Source: Acholeplasmataceae bacterium
GTDB lineage: Bacteria > Bacillota_I > Bacilli_A > ML615J-28 > CAG-313
Direction of reading: 5' to 3'
Assembly: GCA_012838545.1 (NCBI GenBank)
Contig: DUPC01000006.1
Coordinates: 7,903-71,902 of the forward strand
Length of the DNA stretch: 64,000 nucleotides
The translations under genes and the position numbers were made by a program. Below the pieces are notes generated by a model that did no database searches, had not been told where the DNA came from, and saw nothing but the letters and a program-made list of their open reading frames with translations. This document shows positions 1 to 11,085 of this stretch, one piece after another (positions within the stretch are counted from its first letter, which is position 1; the number at the start of each line of letters is the position of its first letter).

Positions 1-498
1 ATTGACGCGTCGCCGGGTCTTTTCGATTTCTTTGGCCAGCATATCGCAGGCTTTTTCAAGTTCTGCCATCTTGATCATCTTTGGCAATAACTTAGAAAGT
101 TTCATGATGGCATCGTCCAAATCAGGATGCGTAAACGCAAAGCCATAAGTTAAATCGATTTTGTCCTTTGCTTCATATTGAATGGTAGGAATCTTGATGT
201 TCATGACCGTTCTCGAAGATGTGGAAAGGCTTGCGGTATTGCTTGGTACCATCAATGCTTCGACAATTCCTTCAAAACTCATTTTTTGTTTGGCACTGAT
301 GTATTTTTTCATGATTTTCGCAAGTTCTTCTTCAACTTCAAGACGCAAGGCGCGGTTTTCTTTGATGATTTCCATAAACCGTTGGACAAATTCGTCTTGC
401 TTGTCTTTTAAGAGCTTATGTCCGCGTTTTGCGGTGGAGAGCTGTCTTTTAACCCGCGTTAATTCCATGCGGGTAGGATTAACTGTCCCTAATGCCAT
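1..498 (-). CDS. ntpD: V-type ATP synthase subunit D (C-terminally truncated by window edge)
   Basis: Reverse-strand translation from ATG (rc of 496-498) gives MALGTVNPTRMELTRVKRQL..., the typical V/A-ATPase D N-terminus. It sits directly downstream of subunit B, with an AGAGGA RBS. Confidence 0.85.
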   Translation of the reverse strand, partial: MALGTVNPTRMELTRVKRQLSTAKRGHKLLKDKQDEFVQRFMEIIKENRALRLEVEEELAKIMKKYISAKQKMSFEGIVEALMVPSNTASLSTSSRTVMNIKIPTIQYEAKDKIDLTYGFAFTHPDLDDAIMKLSKLLPKMIKMAELEKACDMLAKEIEKTRRRVN

Positions 499-501
499 TT
501 G

Positions 502-1878
502 TTATTCCTCTTTTGGCAAGTATTTGTTAATCTTTTCGACGCTAATCCGTTTGAGTTCTGTTCTTGGTAAAATCGTTAGTAATTTCCAACCGATATCTAG
601 TGTTTCTTCAATGGTGCGAGCCGTAGTATAACCTTGCAATACATATTGTTCTTCAAAAGCAGTGGCAAATTGTGAATAAAGGATATCAACATCCGAAAGC
701 GCTGCTTCACCAAGAATGGTGGCAAGTTCTTTGGCTTCTTTTCCGCGAGCATAGGCGGCGAACAATTGGTTCATTGTTTCCGCATGGTCTTCTCTGGTTT
801 TGCCTTCACCGATTCCTTTATCTTTTAAACGGCTGAGCGATGGCAAGACATCAATTGGCGGAGTGATTCCGCGGCCATACAATTCTCTTGAAAGAATAAT
901 TTGTCCTTCGGTAATATAACCGGTAAGGTCCGGAATCGGGTGGGTTTTATCGTCCTCCGGCATCGTAAGGATTGGAATTTGGGTAATGGAACCATTCTTT
1001 CCTTTGATACGGCCAGCCCGTTCATAGAGCGAAGCAAGGTCGGTATACATATATCCTGGGTAACCTCTGCGACCCGGAACTTCCTTACGAGCAGCGGAGA
1101 CTTCCCGCAATGCTTCTGCATAATTCGTAATATCACTGATGATGACAAGCACGTGCATGCCTAATTCATAAGCTAAGTATTCGGCACAAGTAATGGCCAT
1201 CCGCGGAGTGGCAATCCGTTCGATTGCCGGGTCATTGGCTAAATTCATGAAAAGCACAGACCGTTCGATGGCGCCGGATTTTTTGAAATCGCTGATAAAG
1301 AAGTCAGCTTCTTCGAAAGTAATACCTGTGGTCGCAAACACAACCGCAAACTTCTCTTCGGAATTTCTAACCCGTGCTTGTCGGGCGATTTGCGCCGCAA
1401 GTTTTGCATGAGGTAAACCATTTCCGGAGAAAATCGGCAACTTTTGTCCCCGAACCAAGGTATTGAGTCCGTCGATGGCGCTGATTCCGGTTTCGATAAA
1501 TTCGTTTGGATAGTCGCGGGCAACCGGATTTAACGGTGTACCGTTGATGTCCATTACTTTTTCCGGAATAATCTCGCCTCCACCGTCAATTGGCCGACCC
1601 ATTCCATCAAAAACGCGTCCTAAGATATCAGGCGATAATTTGATTTCAATTCCATGACCTAAGAAGACAGCTTTTGCGGAGGCAATTTTTAGTCCTTGAG
1701 CGGAGTCAAACAATTGCACGAGGGCTTTATCTTTATCGACTTCAAGAACTTTTCCAATTCGTTCTTCACCATTTGCTTGTTTGATTTTTACAAGTTCGTC
1801 ATATTTTACGCCTTCCACATGGTCAACCAACATCAAGGGACCAACAACTTCACGAATAGTTTTATACTCTTTCGCCAT
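502..1878 (-). CDS. ntpB: V-type ATP synthase subunit B
   Basis: 458 aa; strong resemblance to A/V-type ATPase B (non-catalytic nucleotide-binding subunit). Operon position between A and D. Confidence 0.95.
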   Translation of the reverse strand: MAKEYKTIREVVGPLMLVDHVEGVKYDELVKIKQANGEERIGKVLEVDKDKALVQLFDSAQGLKIASAKAVFLGHGIEIKLSPDILGRVFDGMGRPIDGGGEIIPEKVMDINGTPLNPVARDYPNEFIETGISAIDGLNTLVRGQKLPIFSGNGLPHAKLAAQIARQARVRNSEEKFAVVFATTGITFEEADFFISDFKKSGAIERSVLFMNLANDPAIERIATPRMAITCAEYLAYELGMHVLVIISDITNYAEALREVSAARKEVPGRRGYPGYMYTDLASLYERAGRIKGKNGSITQIPILTMPEDDKTHPIPDLTGYITEGQIILSRELYGRGITPPIDVLPSLSRLKDKGIGEGKTREDHAETMNQLFAAYARGKEAKELATILGEAALSDVDILYSQFATAFEEQYVLQGYTTARTIEETLDIGWKLLTILPRTELKRISVEKINKYLPKEE

Positions 1879-3676
1879 CGTCTTCGTCTCCCTTCAATAG
1901 TCTTTGGTATTCTTCGTTCATTTCATTGTTTATTTCCTCATATTGAGTTTTAAATTCGGTTTCTTGAATGTATTTCATCCGTCCAATTTGTTCCAAAACC
2001 TCCATATTTGCAAGCTTAAAGAAACTTACTCCGTTGTTTAATCCTTCTTGGGAAAGGTGGAACCAATCAAGGATGGTCTTTAAGATTCCATGTTGTTTTG
2101 TCAAAGAGCTATATGTGTCAACTTCATGGAAAGCATTTTGATGCAAAAAGTCTTCGCGAATGCGACGAGCACATTCAAGCACTAAGCGATCGGAGAATTC
2201 GAGCGAATCCACACCGACCAACCGGACAATTTCTTGAAGCTTTGCTTCTTCTTGAAGAAGGGTTTTCGTTTCTTGCACAATTTGCGACCAATCTTTTTCG
2301 ACTTCAGTATCGAAATAATCACGCATATTTTCTTCATAGAGCGAATAACTCTTCAACCAGTCGATGGCAGGGAAGTGACGAGCATAAGCGAGTTGTGCGC
2401 TTAAGCCCCAGAATACTTTAACGATTCTGAGCGTACCTTGGGAAACCGGTTCCGATGTATCTCCTCCCGGAGGCGATACTGCGCCGATGGCACTGATAGC
2501 GCCGATTCTGCCCTCACTGCCTAAGCAGGTGACCAGGCCAGCCCGTTCGTAGAATTCGGATAATCTACTCGATAAATAAGCCGGATAGCCTTCTTCGCCC
2601 GGCATTTCTTCCAAACGGCTACTCATTTCCCGCAACGCTTCGGCCCAACGGGATGTCGAGTCTGCCATAATAGCTACGCGATAACCCATATCGCGATAGT
2701 ATTCCGCAATCGTAATACCGGTATATATCGATGCTTCCCGAGCCGCAACCGGCATGTTGGATGTATTGGCAATTAAAACGGTGCGTTTCATCAATGTTTG
2801 ACCGGTTTTTGGGTCCTTCAGATGAGGAAATTCATTTAAAACATCGGTCATTTCGTTTCCGCGTTCGCCACAGCCGATATAAACAATAATATCTGCATCC
2901 GCCCATTTGGCAAGTTGGTGTTGAACAACGGTTTTACCTGAACCAAATGGTCCCGGGATTGCAGCTATACCCCCAATGGCAATTGGAAAAAGCATATCAA
3001 TTACTCTTTGACCAGTAACCATTGGTGCATGTGGCGCCATTTTCTTTTGATAAGGACGTCCTCTTCTTACCGGCCAAGTTTGCAACATTGGCACTTCATG
3101 GGTTACGCCCCGGTCATCGACAATTCGGGCAATCGGAGTAGTAATGTTTGTTTCACCATTGAAAATCCACACGATTTTCCCCGAAAGCGTTGGCGGAACC
3201 ATGATTTTGTGCAGCACGGCAGTTGTTTCCTGAACCGTACCCAAGACATCGCCGCCCTTAACAAAATCGCCTACTTTGGCAACGCTGTTAAATTGCCAAC
3301 GTTTATTTCGTTTTAGTTTGGGAACATCGATTCCCAGAGGAATCCGGTCACCAGAGCCTTGATAAATAACGTCAAGCGGACGTTGAATACCGTCAAAAAT
3401 GCCTTCTATTAAACCCGGTGCAAGTTCTACCGATAACGGTTCGTTAGTCCAATAGACCGGTTCGCCGGGACCAATGCCCGCGGTTTCTTCATATACTTGG
3501 ATTGACGCCAAATCGTCCCGAAGTTCGATTACTTCCCCGATTAAGCGCTTCTCGCTGACGCGAACCACATCGTACATTTGCACATCTTTCATGTCTTTCG
3601 CAACAATTAAAGGTCCTGAAACCTTGGTAATGATTCCGATTTGTTTATTGTATTGATTAGAATTCATCGCCATCAC
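1862..3676 (-). CDS. ntpA: V-type ATP synthase catalytic subunit A
   Basis: 604 aa; Walker [10 protein letters not shown]; classic A/V-ATPase A subunit. Confidence 0.95.
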   Translation of the reverse strand: MMAMNSNQYNKQIGIITKVSGPLIVAKDMKDVQMYDVVRVSEKRLIGEVIELRDDLASIQVYEETAGIGPGEPVYWTNEPLSVELAPGLIEGIFDGIQRPLDVIYQGSGDRIPLGIDVPKLKRNKRWQFNSVAKVGDFVKGGDVLGTVQETTAVLHKIMVPPTLSGKIVWIFNGETNITTPIARIVDDRGVTHEVPMLQTWPVRRGRPYQKKMAPHAPMVTGQRVIDMLFPIAIGGIAAIPGPFGSGKTVVQHQLAKWADADIIVYIGCGERGNEMTDVLNEFPHLKDPKTGQTLMKRTVLIANTSNMPVAAREASIYTGITIAEYYRDMGYRVAIMADSTSRWAEALREMSSRLEEMPGEEGYPAYLSSRLSEFYERAGLVTCLGSEGRIGAISAIGAVSPPGGDTSEPVSQGTLRIVKVFWGLSAQLAYARHFPAIDWLKSYSLYEENMRDYFDTEVEKDWSQIVQETKTLLQEEAKLQEIVRLVGVDSLEFSDRLVLECARRIREDFLHQNAFHEVDTYSSLTKQHGILKTILDWFHLSQEGLNNGVSFFKLANMEVLEQIGRMKYIQETEFKTQYEEINNEMNEEYQRLLKGDEDDGERV

Positions 3677-3681
3677 CCTTT

Positions 3682-4005
3682 CTAAAATATATTAATCCCG
3701 ATGGCTTTTTCGACATTCTTTTGAACTTTCTTCAATCCAACACCAATGCCGTCTTCCTTCATGGGAACTGGTATAATCATTGGAAATAAGCTAGACTGAT
3801 AAGTTTCGATTGTCTCAGGAATTTTTTCGTACAATTCCTCATCGATGAAAATGATTTTGCTTTTTTTTGCTAGTTGAAAAATGGTTTTTTCGACTTCTGC
3901 AAGACTTTCTTTGATAATTGGCACGCAACCAACGGCACTGAACAATAAAACGGTGTCGTTTGTTCCGATTGCCACGATATCCATCTTGTTATTCATTTGA
4001 ACCAC
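3682..4005 (-). CDS. V-type ATP synthase subunit F
   Basis: 107 aa small alpha/beta protein between C and A, as in the Enterococcus ntp operon. Confidence 0.75.
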   Translation of the reverse strand: MVQMNNKMDIVAIGTNDTVLLFSAVGCVPIIKESLAEVEKTIFQLAKKSKIIFIDEELYEKIPETIETYQSSLFPMIIPVPMKEDGIGVGLKKVQKNVEKAIGINIF

Positions 4006-4010
4006 CTTTC

Positions 4011-4994
4011 TTAGTATTCCAACATTTGACTCATATCGACTTGTTCATTCCCGGCTTGAGCGTAAATCATACGAATGTTTTTCGCTTCGGCTACTTTCAA
4101 CAAGTAATAATAAATAACCGGACCAATATCAAAAGCATCGTATTTGAAGCGTCTGATTTCCTCCAACATGAGCTTGTCAAGTGCATTATGGGTCATATCC
4201 AAATTCTGATGTTCATTATAAGCTTTAATGATTCTACTGATTTGGCCATTATATTCCGTTTCCCACAATTTTGATAGTTTTTCAAGGGGCAGGGAATACG
4301 ATTCCAAAAACCTGCTTAATTCGATCCCGCCATGCGTCAACAACATTTCTTTGCAAGTATTCTGGTCCCACTTTAATTCGCGGGAACGAAGGAAAGTTAA
4401 TAAGTTGGCCGAATCGATATAAGTTTGAAAATAGGTTTTTAAGGCAGGACTTGTCAATAGGTTAAATTGATCAAAAATATAATCAAAAATCGTTTGATCG
4501 ATTACGGTGCTGAAAACCCTTGGATTGGTAATTCCCTGAACGTTTTTTTCAATTGTTGGAATTAATTTACGCAAAGGTTTTTCAAGACCCGAATATTCCC
4601 CCGCCAAAATCGCTTTTTTCAAAGTTTCTTTTGAAATAGTTCCTAATGGGACATAGACGTCAAAGTGAGTGATGCCAAAGAATTTTTGTTTAAAGAAGTA
4701 TTTGATGTTAATGGCATCGCTTTGAAAAAAGAATAAATCAGTATGGTGTTTTTGGGGAGTAAGTTCATCAATCATTGCTTTTACGCTTAAAAGTTCTTGG
4801 TCAATTAATTCTTCCACAGAACTTGCGCTATCGCTTTTGCCGTAACCCAGTTCCGCTAAAGTTTTGAAAAAAAGCGGTTTATCGGTTTTGGCCAATTTTT
4901 GCCATTTGCTTTTATCGAAAATTTTGTTTTCGATGGAGCGCAAAATCGCATTTACATACGGATAATGATTATTCATACTATTCATCTCCGTCAA
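4011..4994 (-). CDS. V-type ATP synthase subunit C
   Basis: 327 aa; operon position between E and F; size and composition fit V-ATPase C (d). Confidence 0.7.
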   Translation of the reverse strand: MTEMNSMNNHYPYVNAILRSIENKIFDKSKWQKLAKTDKPLFFKTLAELGYGKSDSASSVEELIDQELLSVKAMIDELTPQKHHTDLFFFQSDAINIKYFFKQKFFGITHFDVYVPLGTISKETLKKAILAGEYSGLEKPLRKLIPTIEKNVQGITNPRVFSTVIDQTIFDYIFDQFNLLTSPALKTYFQTYIDSANLLTFLRSRELKWDQNTCKEMLLTHGGIELSRFLESYSLPLEKLSKLWETEYNGQISRIIKAYNEHQNLDMTHNALDKLMLEEIRRFKYDAFDIGPVIYYYLLKVAEAKNIRMIYAQAGNEQVDMSQMLEY

Positions 4995-5685
4995 AGAGAA
5001 TCGTAGCTATTTCGGTTTCGTAAAGCCGTTTCAAATCATCAAATAAGGCTTCGTATGAAAAATCAATATCATAGTAACTGCCGATAATTTGAAAACCGCC
5101 GGAAATATTCGCTCCATCCTTGGCTAGTGTTAATTGATAGTTGACGTTACCAAGCAGCATGCTTAGTTTATCAAGTAAAATCATACCGTTTAAAGTTTTG
5201 CCGCTTGAGAAAAGGCGCGCATAACGGTCGTAATCGTTTGAGGATACTTTCAACGTTTCTTTGCCAGACAATTTCTCGTTTTTTATTCGATTAACAACAT
5301 AGCTCCTGATATCCTCATCAGAAAAAGCTTTAAACTTTTCGAGCAGACGCTGGAAAACTTGGTCAATTAATTCTTTTTTAACACTTAAGGTGTATTGTTT
5401 TAGCGAATGGTCAAACTGGCTTTGGGCCCCTTTTAACATCGATGTATGGGCTTGACGGGCTTTTTCCAAGCGTTTTTTATTGTCTTGCATTGCCTCACCG
5501 ATTATGCTGGCATACATTTGTTCGGCTTTTTCTTTTCCTGCTTCTAGGATAGCTAAAGCGTCTTTTTGGCCTTTTTGTTCAATTTTTTGGTAAATGGTTA
5601 CTTTCTCAGTAACCTGTTCCTCTGTTTGCATAATTAAGTTATCTTCTTTCACTATGTACCTCGATTCGCTAATAATATTTATCAA
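4978..5685 (-). CDS. V-type ATP synthase subunit E (start uncertain; TTG/GTG/ATG alternatives)
   Basis: About 220-235 aa charged, coiled-coil-rich protein between K and C. The listed ORF begins at TTG; a GTG with a GAGGT RBS and an internal ATG are alternatives. Confidence 0.7.
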   Translation of the reverse strand: MINIISESRYIVKEDNLIMQTEEQVTEKVTIYQKIEQKGQKDALAILEAGKEKAEQMYASIIGEAMQDNKKRLEKARQAHTSMLKGAQSQFDHSLKQYTLSVKKELIDQVFQRLLEKFKAFSDEDIRSYVVNRIKNEKLSGKETLKVSSNDYDRYARLFSSGKTLNGMILLDKLSMLLGNVNYQLTLAKDGANISGGFQIIGSYYDIDFSYEALFDDLKRLYETEIATILFDGDE

Positions 5686-5701
5686 TTATTATCGCATCAA
5701 A

Positions 5702-6175
5702 TTACATAACGTTTGTTACAAGCAAAATACTAACAAGAAGAGACAAAATTGCGTATGTTTCAACCAAAACCGTCATGGTCATACCTTTTGCGGCTGCATC
5801 AGGTTGTTTTGCAGTCATTTGGATGGAATAAACCGACATTCTTGCTTGGTATAGAGCCGAAAGGAAACCGATGATGGTTGCAGGCATACATGCGCCAAAG
5901 AAAGCCCAACCGGTAGCAGTTTCAAGAGTTAAAGCAGGATTGCCGCTTAAGAAACCAAGTTCAACAAATACCAAAACGGTTACTAAGAAACCGTAAATAC
6001 CTTGTGTTCCTGGCAATGCTTGTAAAATCAAGAGTTTACCGAATAATTCTGGTCTTTCGCTTACAACGCCTGTGGCAGCTTTTCCGGCCATTTGAACACC
6101 GATGGCTGAACCTAAACCAGCTACTATTGTGCTTAATAGTGCTCCTACAATTGCAATTAATAATCCTGTACTCAT
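5702..6175 (-). CDS. ntpK: V-type ATP synthase subunit K (proteolipid, c-ring)
   Basis: 157 aa, four hydrophobic helices, glycine-rich; typical 16 kDa proteolipid. Confidence 0.85.
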   Translation of the reverse strand: MSTGLLIAIVGALLSTIVAGLGSAIGVQMAGKAATGVVSERPELFGKLLILQALPGTQGIYGFLVTVLVFVELGFLSGNPALTLETATGWAFFGACMPATIIGFLSALYQARMSVYSIQMTAKQPDAAAKGMTMTVLVETYAILSLLVSILLVTNVM

Positions 6176-6198
6176 AATAATAATCCTCCTATTATTTT

Positions 6199-8097
6199 TT
6201 AATTAACATTGAGTTCATCAATGTAGGTTAACTTGTTTTCGAGAGGTGTAAAGGCATAACCAGACCCCTCATAGAATTTGCCAAAGAATTCAATATATTG
6301 TAATCTGCTGGCATGGACATAAGCCGAGAGTAACCCCATGGCTAAATTAAAGACATGTCCGACAAAATAAATGACCATGGCAAATAAAATTTTGATGATG
6401 GTCATGAAGGTAAAGGTCGATAAATCGCCTTGTACCATTCCGGCTAAAAGATTCATTACAAAAGCAATAACCCCGGATGACATGCTTAATGCCAAAATCC
6501 GTGAATAAGAAAGGATATCGCTCATATAGCCGGTCGCACCGTATAAGGTATATAAACCGCTGCCAATGCGTTTTACGATATTGCGATTGCTTCTTCCTGA
6601 AAATAAGACAATAATCAATGCTCCCGCAATCGCCAGGTATTTTCCGATATTTGTTAATTGGGGAAGAAACATAAAGCCTATTCCTCCAATTAATAGCATC
6701 CAACTTAATTGGTCCGAAAAAATGGCCAAAATGTCTTTTTTTCGGAAATTGTCATACGCTTTTACCAAAAGCCCGCCAAAGATGTGCAAAGCACCAAGAA
6801 CAAGTGACAAAATCAACATATTCATCGGTTGTTCCATTGGCACCAACACCGGTTTCAAACCGAATGGTTTCCAGCTGAAACCGAAGTAACTGCCGAAAAT
6901 AACACCCCAAATGACAGTGGTTATTCCCGAATACATCAATAATTGGAATAACTTCAGGGAGTTGCCTTTTGGTTTTTTAATTTTAATAAATAGTCCAAAG
7001 AATAATACCATCACTAATCCGTAACCGGCATCGCCCATCATTATTCCAAAGATAATCCAGTACCAAAAAGACATCATTGGATTAGGGTCGACTTCATAGG
7101 GGCTTGGTGCGGCAAACATATTGGTGATAATCTCAAATGGTGCCACAAAGCGATTGTTTTGGGTAGCGGTTGGCGGCAATTCATCAGGAAGCGGATCGCA
7201 AAATTCGCAATCAAAAATATCCGTTGCTTCTTTTACCGCTTTAATTACTTTGTCCACGCGGTCGTGACGCACCCAACCTTCCACATATACCGTGGCATCG
7301 GTTGGAATAACCGGAGCGGTTTTTCTTACTTCAATGCTTGCAACTTGGTCAGTTAAAATCTCCAATTCATCTGCATGCTTGGCATATTGTGCAAGCGCTT
7401 CTTCAAGTTCCTTAATTTTTTCTTGGTTGGATTGATATTGAGCCTCTTTTTCGCTTAAGAGTTGACTGGCAGTAAGGGGTAATTTAGGTAAGGAGGTTTC
7501 AACAAAATTAATACCCCTTAAACCTTCCATTACCAAACTGTCGTCGGTATAATAATTCGCAAAAAAGACAGCTTGTCCATCATAAGTTTTGCCTAAAAGT
7601 TCACATTCACTGCCGTGTGAATCTAATATTCGTTTAAAATCTTCGCTAAAACGGGATTCAATAAACCCGGTGTGCAAATTGGCATACCTTGTATTAACAA
7701 TTTTATCCAACGGAACCGTTAACTGTTCCCATGGCTGATAAGTCTTAAGCGTTTCGTGTAAAGTTACATTGTCAGCTTTCAAGCGTTGAATTTCTTCATA
7801 AGTTGTTTCGATTTTTTCCAATAGTTCTATGCGCTGATTGATATTGGAAACAAAATCATCGTAATCAACCTTGTTGAGTTCTTTGACTAATTTGGGTTTT
7901 TCCCGATACTTCTTAAGCAAGTTTAAGGATTTGCGCGTTCTTTGCAACATAATTTCTTCGCTTGTGGCATCGCTTTTTTGACTTATCTCCGGATGCTCGA
8001 TTAACATAACCTCCCCGGTTTTTTGCAAATTAAGCATCAGTTGTTCATGGTCTTCTTTCAGTACGACGATTTGCACCTTTTTCATTGGTACAATCAT
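6199..8097 (-). CDS. ntpI: V-type ATP synthase subunit I (a-subunit)
   Basis: 632 aa; N-terminal soluble coiled-coil half plus C-terminal polytopic membrane half. Confidence 0.85.
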   Translation of the reverse strand: MIVPMKKVQIVVLKEDHEQLMLNLQKTGEVMLIEHPEISQKSDATSEEIMLQRTRKSLNLLKKYREKPKLVKELNKVDYDDFVSNINQRIELLEKIETTYEEIQRLKADNVTLHETLKTYQPWEQLTVPLDKIVNTRYANLHTGFIESRFSEDFKRILDSHGSECELLGKTYDGQAVFFANYYTDDSLVMEGLRGINFVETSLPKLPLTASQLLSEKEAQYQSNQEKIKELEEALAQYAKHADELEILTDQVASIEVRKTAPVIPTDATVYVEGWVRHDRVDKVIKAVKEATDIFDCEFCDPLPDELPPTATQNNRFVAPFEIITNMFAAPSPYEVDPNPMMSFWYWIIFGIMMGDAGYGLVMVLFFGLFIKIKKPKGNSLKLFQLLMYSGITTVIWGVIFGSYFGFSWKPFGLKPVLVPMEQPMNMLILSLVLGALHIFGGLLVKAYDNFRKKDILAIFSDQLSWMLLIGGIGFMFLPQLTNIGKYLAIAGALIIVLFSGRSNRNIVKRIGSGLYTLYGATGYMSDILSYSRILALSMSSGVIAFVMNLLAGMVQGDLSTFTFMTIIKILFAMVIYFVGHVFNLAMGLLSAYVHASRLQYIEFFGKFYEGSGYAFTPLENKLTYIDELNVN

Positions 8098-8414
8098 ATG
8101 TTCCCTACTTTCTTCATCATTAAAGCAACTGCTTGCTCCATCCTTTGCATGGCCTTAGCGGTGAGTTTGTCTTTTATGACTTGTTTTTGGGTTTCCAAGT
8201 CTTTTTCCATCTCCTGCATTGACTTAATGGAATAAGCTTCGCTGTTCTTGATTTCGTCAAGGGTTTGGGCATTTAGTTCAGCAATTCGCTTTTCCGCAGC
8301 TGCTCTTTTTTCTTTAATAAGGTTTTGAACTTGAAGGTTTGCATTGTTGCGTAAGCTTTGCGCCTTTTCTTCCGCTTGTTGAATTGACTGCAAAATCGGC
8401 ATCTGTTTCACCAC
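8094..8414 (-). CDS. V-type ATP synthase subunit G/H (peripheral stalk)
   Basis: 106 aa highly charged coiled-coil protein; first gene of the operon, overlapping ntpI. Confidence 0.55.
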   Translation of the reverse strand: MVKQMPILQSIQQAEEKAQSLRNNANLQVQNLIKEKRAAAEKRIAELNAQTLDEIKNSEAYSIKSMQEMEKDLETQKQVIKDKLTAKAMQRMEQAVALMMKKVGNI

Positions 8415-8537
8415 CTTTTAATCTTTAGTTATTATACCACATTTAGGGTTTTTGCGCTTTAGAAATTATAATTTAAAACGCTGAAATAAACCCCTTTTTC
8501 AATATCTTTTCATAAATTTAACAAACTTTAGTATTCC

Positions 8538-8984
8538 TTAATTTTCCTCAAATTGACAAATTTTATTCACGCGCCGCTCGTGCCGCTCTCCCAAAAACTG
8601 CGTGTTTAAGAAAGTATCGACAATTTGCTTGGCAAGGTCAAAGGAAGTGTCTTTTGAAGAAAGACACAATACATTGGCGTTATTGTGTTCTCTGGTTAAT
8701 TTAGCGTTTTCCTCGCTTCCGACCAAAGCTGCTCTGATGCCTTTAACTTTGTTGGCCGAGATGGACATGCCAATTCCCGTATAACAAATCAAAATTCCGA
8801 AATCAACTTCTTTTTGGACAACCTTTTGACTCACCGAAAAAGCATAGTCGGGATAATCGACCGAATCGTCATTATAAGTCCCCATGTCGAGCACTTGGTG
8901 TTTTTTGGCTAAGTAAGCAATTAAGGCTTCTTTTAACTTATACCCCGCATGATCGGATCCAATACTGATTTTCATAATTTTCAC
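8538..8984 (-). CDS. rpiB: ribose-5-phosphate isomerase B
   Basis: 148 aa RpiB/LacAB family (IGSDHAGY...ICYTGIGMSI). Confidence 0.85.
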   Translation of the reverse strand: MKIMKISIGSDHAGYKLKEALIAYLAKKHQVLDMGTYNDDSVDYPDYAFSVSQKVVQKEVDFGILICYTGIGMSISANKVKGIRAALVGSEENAKLTREHNNANVLCLSSKDTSFDLAKQIVDTFLNTQFLGERHERRVNKICQFEEN

Positions 8985-9080
8985 CTCAATTAATAGTATA
9001 CCAAATAATCCTTTTTTAACTATTTTTTAAATAAAAAAAAGCAAAAAAACATGATTTTTTTTAGCAATTATTTTCTAAGA

Positions 9081-9108
9081 CAAAAAAGTTAGGATTGCTT
9101 CCTATCCT
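9081..9108 (-). terminator. rho-independent terminator downstream of the small wHTH gene
   Basis: AGGAT(tgcttcct)ATCCT hairpin; on the minus strand it is followed by a CTTTTTTG run. Confidence 0.5.
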
Positions 9109-9117
9109 TCTTTTTGC

Positions 9118-9297
9118 TTATTCAGCAGGTTGCCATTTGCAACGAACTGGAGAAGTGATTTTACCTTCTTTTTTTAAGGTATTGAAGGCTTTGTCAACTT
9201 CTTTGCGCTCCAGGCCGGTTGCAAGTTCAACTTCTCCCGCTGTAACAGGACGGCCCATTTCTTTCATTTTATTGAGAACAACTTCTTTAACTTCCAT
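9118..9297 (-). CDS. small winged-helix DNA-binding protein (59 aa)
   Basis: MEVKEVVLNKMKEMGRPVTAGEVELATGLERKEVDKAFNTLKKEGKI... Strong RBS AGAGGAGG 5 nt upstream of the ATG at rc 9297. The longer ORF beginning at 9342 lacks an RBS. Confidence 0.45.
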   Translation of the reverse strand: MEVKEVVLNKMKEMGRPVTAGEVELATGLERKEVDKAFNTLKKEGKITSPVRCKWQPAE

Positions 9298-9397
9298 AAA
9301 AACCTCCTCTTTAAGATAACTTAATTTTATCACAACGTCCATATTCTTTCAACCTTTTAACTTTTAGATTAGGGGAAATTTTTCTTTTTTGGTTTAA

Positions 9398-9426
9398 TTG
9401 ACAAGTTTGTTTTCCTTTGGTATAAT
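9398..9426 (+). promoter_or_regulatory. sigma-A type promoter (TTGACA-17-TATAAT) for the DUF1846 gene
   Basis: TTGACA at 9398-9403, 17-nt spacer, TATAAT at 9421-9426, about 35 nt upstream of the start codon. Confidence 0.55.
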
Positions 9427-9461
9427 CTAAAACATGAAGGACTGCGAAAGAAGGTGAAGGC

Positions 9462-10952
9462 ATGCAAAAAGCATTTGACAATGGTTTGTATTTAGAACTT
9501 CAATCCAAAAAAATCAAAGAACGTCTAAATCAATTCGGTACCAAGCTTTATCTTGAATTTGGAGGAAAACTATTCGACGATTTTCATGCTTCCCGCGTAC
9601 TTCCCGGATTTGCCAGTAACGCCAAAATCAAAACACTAATGACCTTAAAAGACGATGTCGAAATGATTATCGTAGTCAATGCCAACGATATTCAAGTTGG
9701 CAAAATGCGTTTTGACATCGGCATTACTTACGACCAAGAGGTAATTCGGATGATGGAACTCTTTCGGGAACTTGACCTCCAAGTGTGTGGGGTTGTCATT
9801 ACTCAATTTTCCCATCAGGAACTGGCGATTATTTTCAAAAACAAATTAGAAAACATGGGGGTAAAAGTTTACCTTCACTCGGTTATTCCGGGTTATCCCC
9901 TTGCCATCGATTATATTTTAAGCGATGAAGGCTTCGGCAAAAATGCTTATATCGAAACCACCCGACCGCTTGTGGTAGTAACGGCGCCGGGACCTGGTAG
10001 TGGCAAAATTGCCACCTGCTTATCACAACTATATTTGGACAACCAAAAAGGAATTAAAAGCGTATATGCGAAATACGAAACCTTTCCGGTTTGGAATCTT
10101 CCGCTTAACCACCCGGTAAATTTAGCCTATGAAGCGGCAACCGCAAACATCAATGATATCAATATGATTGACCCGTACCATTTGGAAGCTTACGGGATGA
10201 TGGCAGTCAATTATAATCGCGATGTGGAAGTGTTTCCGATTTTACGCTCTTTCTTCGAACGGATTTACGGCACAAGTTTCTACCAATCGCCAACCGATAT
10301 GGGAATCAATATGGCCGGCTTTTGCATTATCGACGACGAAGTTGCCAAAGAAGCCGCCAAACAAGAAATCATTCGCCGTTATTATTCCACCAAACGCGAC
10401 ATTAAAAACGGCAACATGATGGAAGAAGCAATTGAAAAGATCTCCGTCATCATGAAAAAGTTAGGAATTTCGGTGGAGAATCGCCTCTCGGTTCAGGCAG
10501 CTTTAGACAAAGCCCAAAGTTCCGGAACGCACGCAATGGCAATTGAATTAAACGACGGTACGATAATCACCGGACGTCGGACAAAACTTTTGGACGCTCC
10601 AGCCGCAATGCTCCTCAACGCCCTTAAATACTATGCCAATGTCGATGATGACTTAAAACTTATTTCTCCTTCCATCATCGAACCGATTCAAACCCTAAAT
10701 AAGCAATACATAGGCGTTAGAAACCCGCGTCTTCATGTCAATGACGTATTAATCGCTTTATCGATAAATGCTTTGACAAACCCTTCCGCCGAAAAAGCTC
10801 TTCAGCAACTTCCAAAACTAGCCCGAGCGCAAGCTCACTCCACGGTCTTTTTGACGGAAGATGACGAAAAACTTTTAAAAAGGCTTCAAATTGACGTCAC
10901 TACGGAACCAGTCTTCCGGGTAACCAGATATCAACAAACTTTAATCGAATAA
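9462..10952 (+). CDS. UPF0371/DUF1846 family protein
   Basis: 496 aa; N-terminus MQKAFDNGLYLELQSKKIKERL... matches the conserved Firmicute UPF0371 family. Confidence 0.75.
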   Translation: MQKAFDNGLYLELQSKKIKERLNQFGTKLYLEFGGKLFDDFHASRVLPGFASNAKIKTLMTLKDDVEMIIVVNANDIQVGKMRFDIGITYDQEVIRMMELFRELDLQVCGVVITQFSHQELAIIFKNKLENMGVKVYLHSVIPGYPLAIDYILSDEGFGKNAYIETTRPLVVVTAPGPGSGKIATCLSQLYLDNQKGIKSVYAKYETFPVWNLPLNHPVNLAYEAATANINDINMIDPYHLEAYGMMAVNYNRDVEVFPILRSFFERIYGTSFYQSPTDMGINMAGFCIIDDEVAKEAAKQEIIRRYYSTKRDIKNGNMMEEAIEKISVIMKKLGISVENRLSVQAALDKAQSSGTHAMAIELNDGTIITGRRTKLLDAPAAMLLNALKYYANVDDDLKLISPSIIEPIQTLNKQYIGVRNPRLHVNDVLIALSINALTNPSAEKALQQLPKLARAQAHSTVFLTEDDEKLLKRLQIDVTTEPVFRVTRYQQTLIE

Positions 10953-10978
10953 TTTCAGGATAATCCTGAAATTTATTT

Positions 10979-11054
10979 GCTGGAATAGCTCAGTTGGTAG
11001 AGCAGTTGACCCGTAATCATCAGGTCGTAGGTTCGAATCCTATTTCCAGCACCA
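10979..11054 (+). tRNA. tRNA-Thr (anticodon CGU) with encoded CCA; C at position 33
   Basis: Folds manually into a cloverleaf: 7-bp acceptor stem GCTGGAA/TTCCAGC, D-arm GCTC-AGTTGGTA-GAGC, T-arm GTAGG-TTCGAAT-CCTAT, anticodon loop CCCGTAA. Confidence 0.8.
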
Positions 11055-11066
11055 TTTGCCAATAAC

Positions 11067-11085
11067 AAAGGAAAACCTTTTTTTG
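11067..11085 (+). terminator. weak hairpin plus T-run after the tRNA
   Basis: AAAGG-aaaa-CCTTT followed by TTTT. Confidence 0.35.

Noticed and set aside
178-631. Plus-strand ORFs of 77 and 149 aa at the window start.
   Set aside because: They are antisense to the ntpD and ntpB coding sequence. The composition is low-complexity and there is no RBS. They are shadow ORFs.
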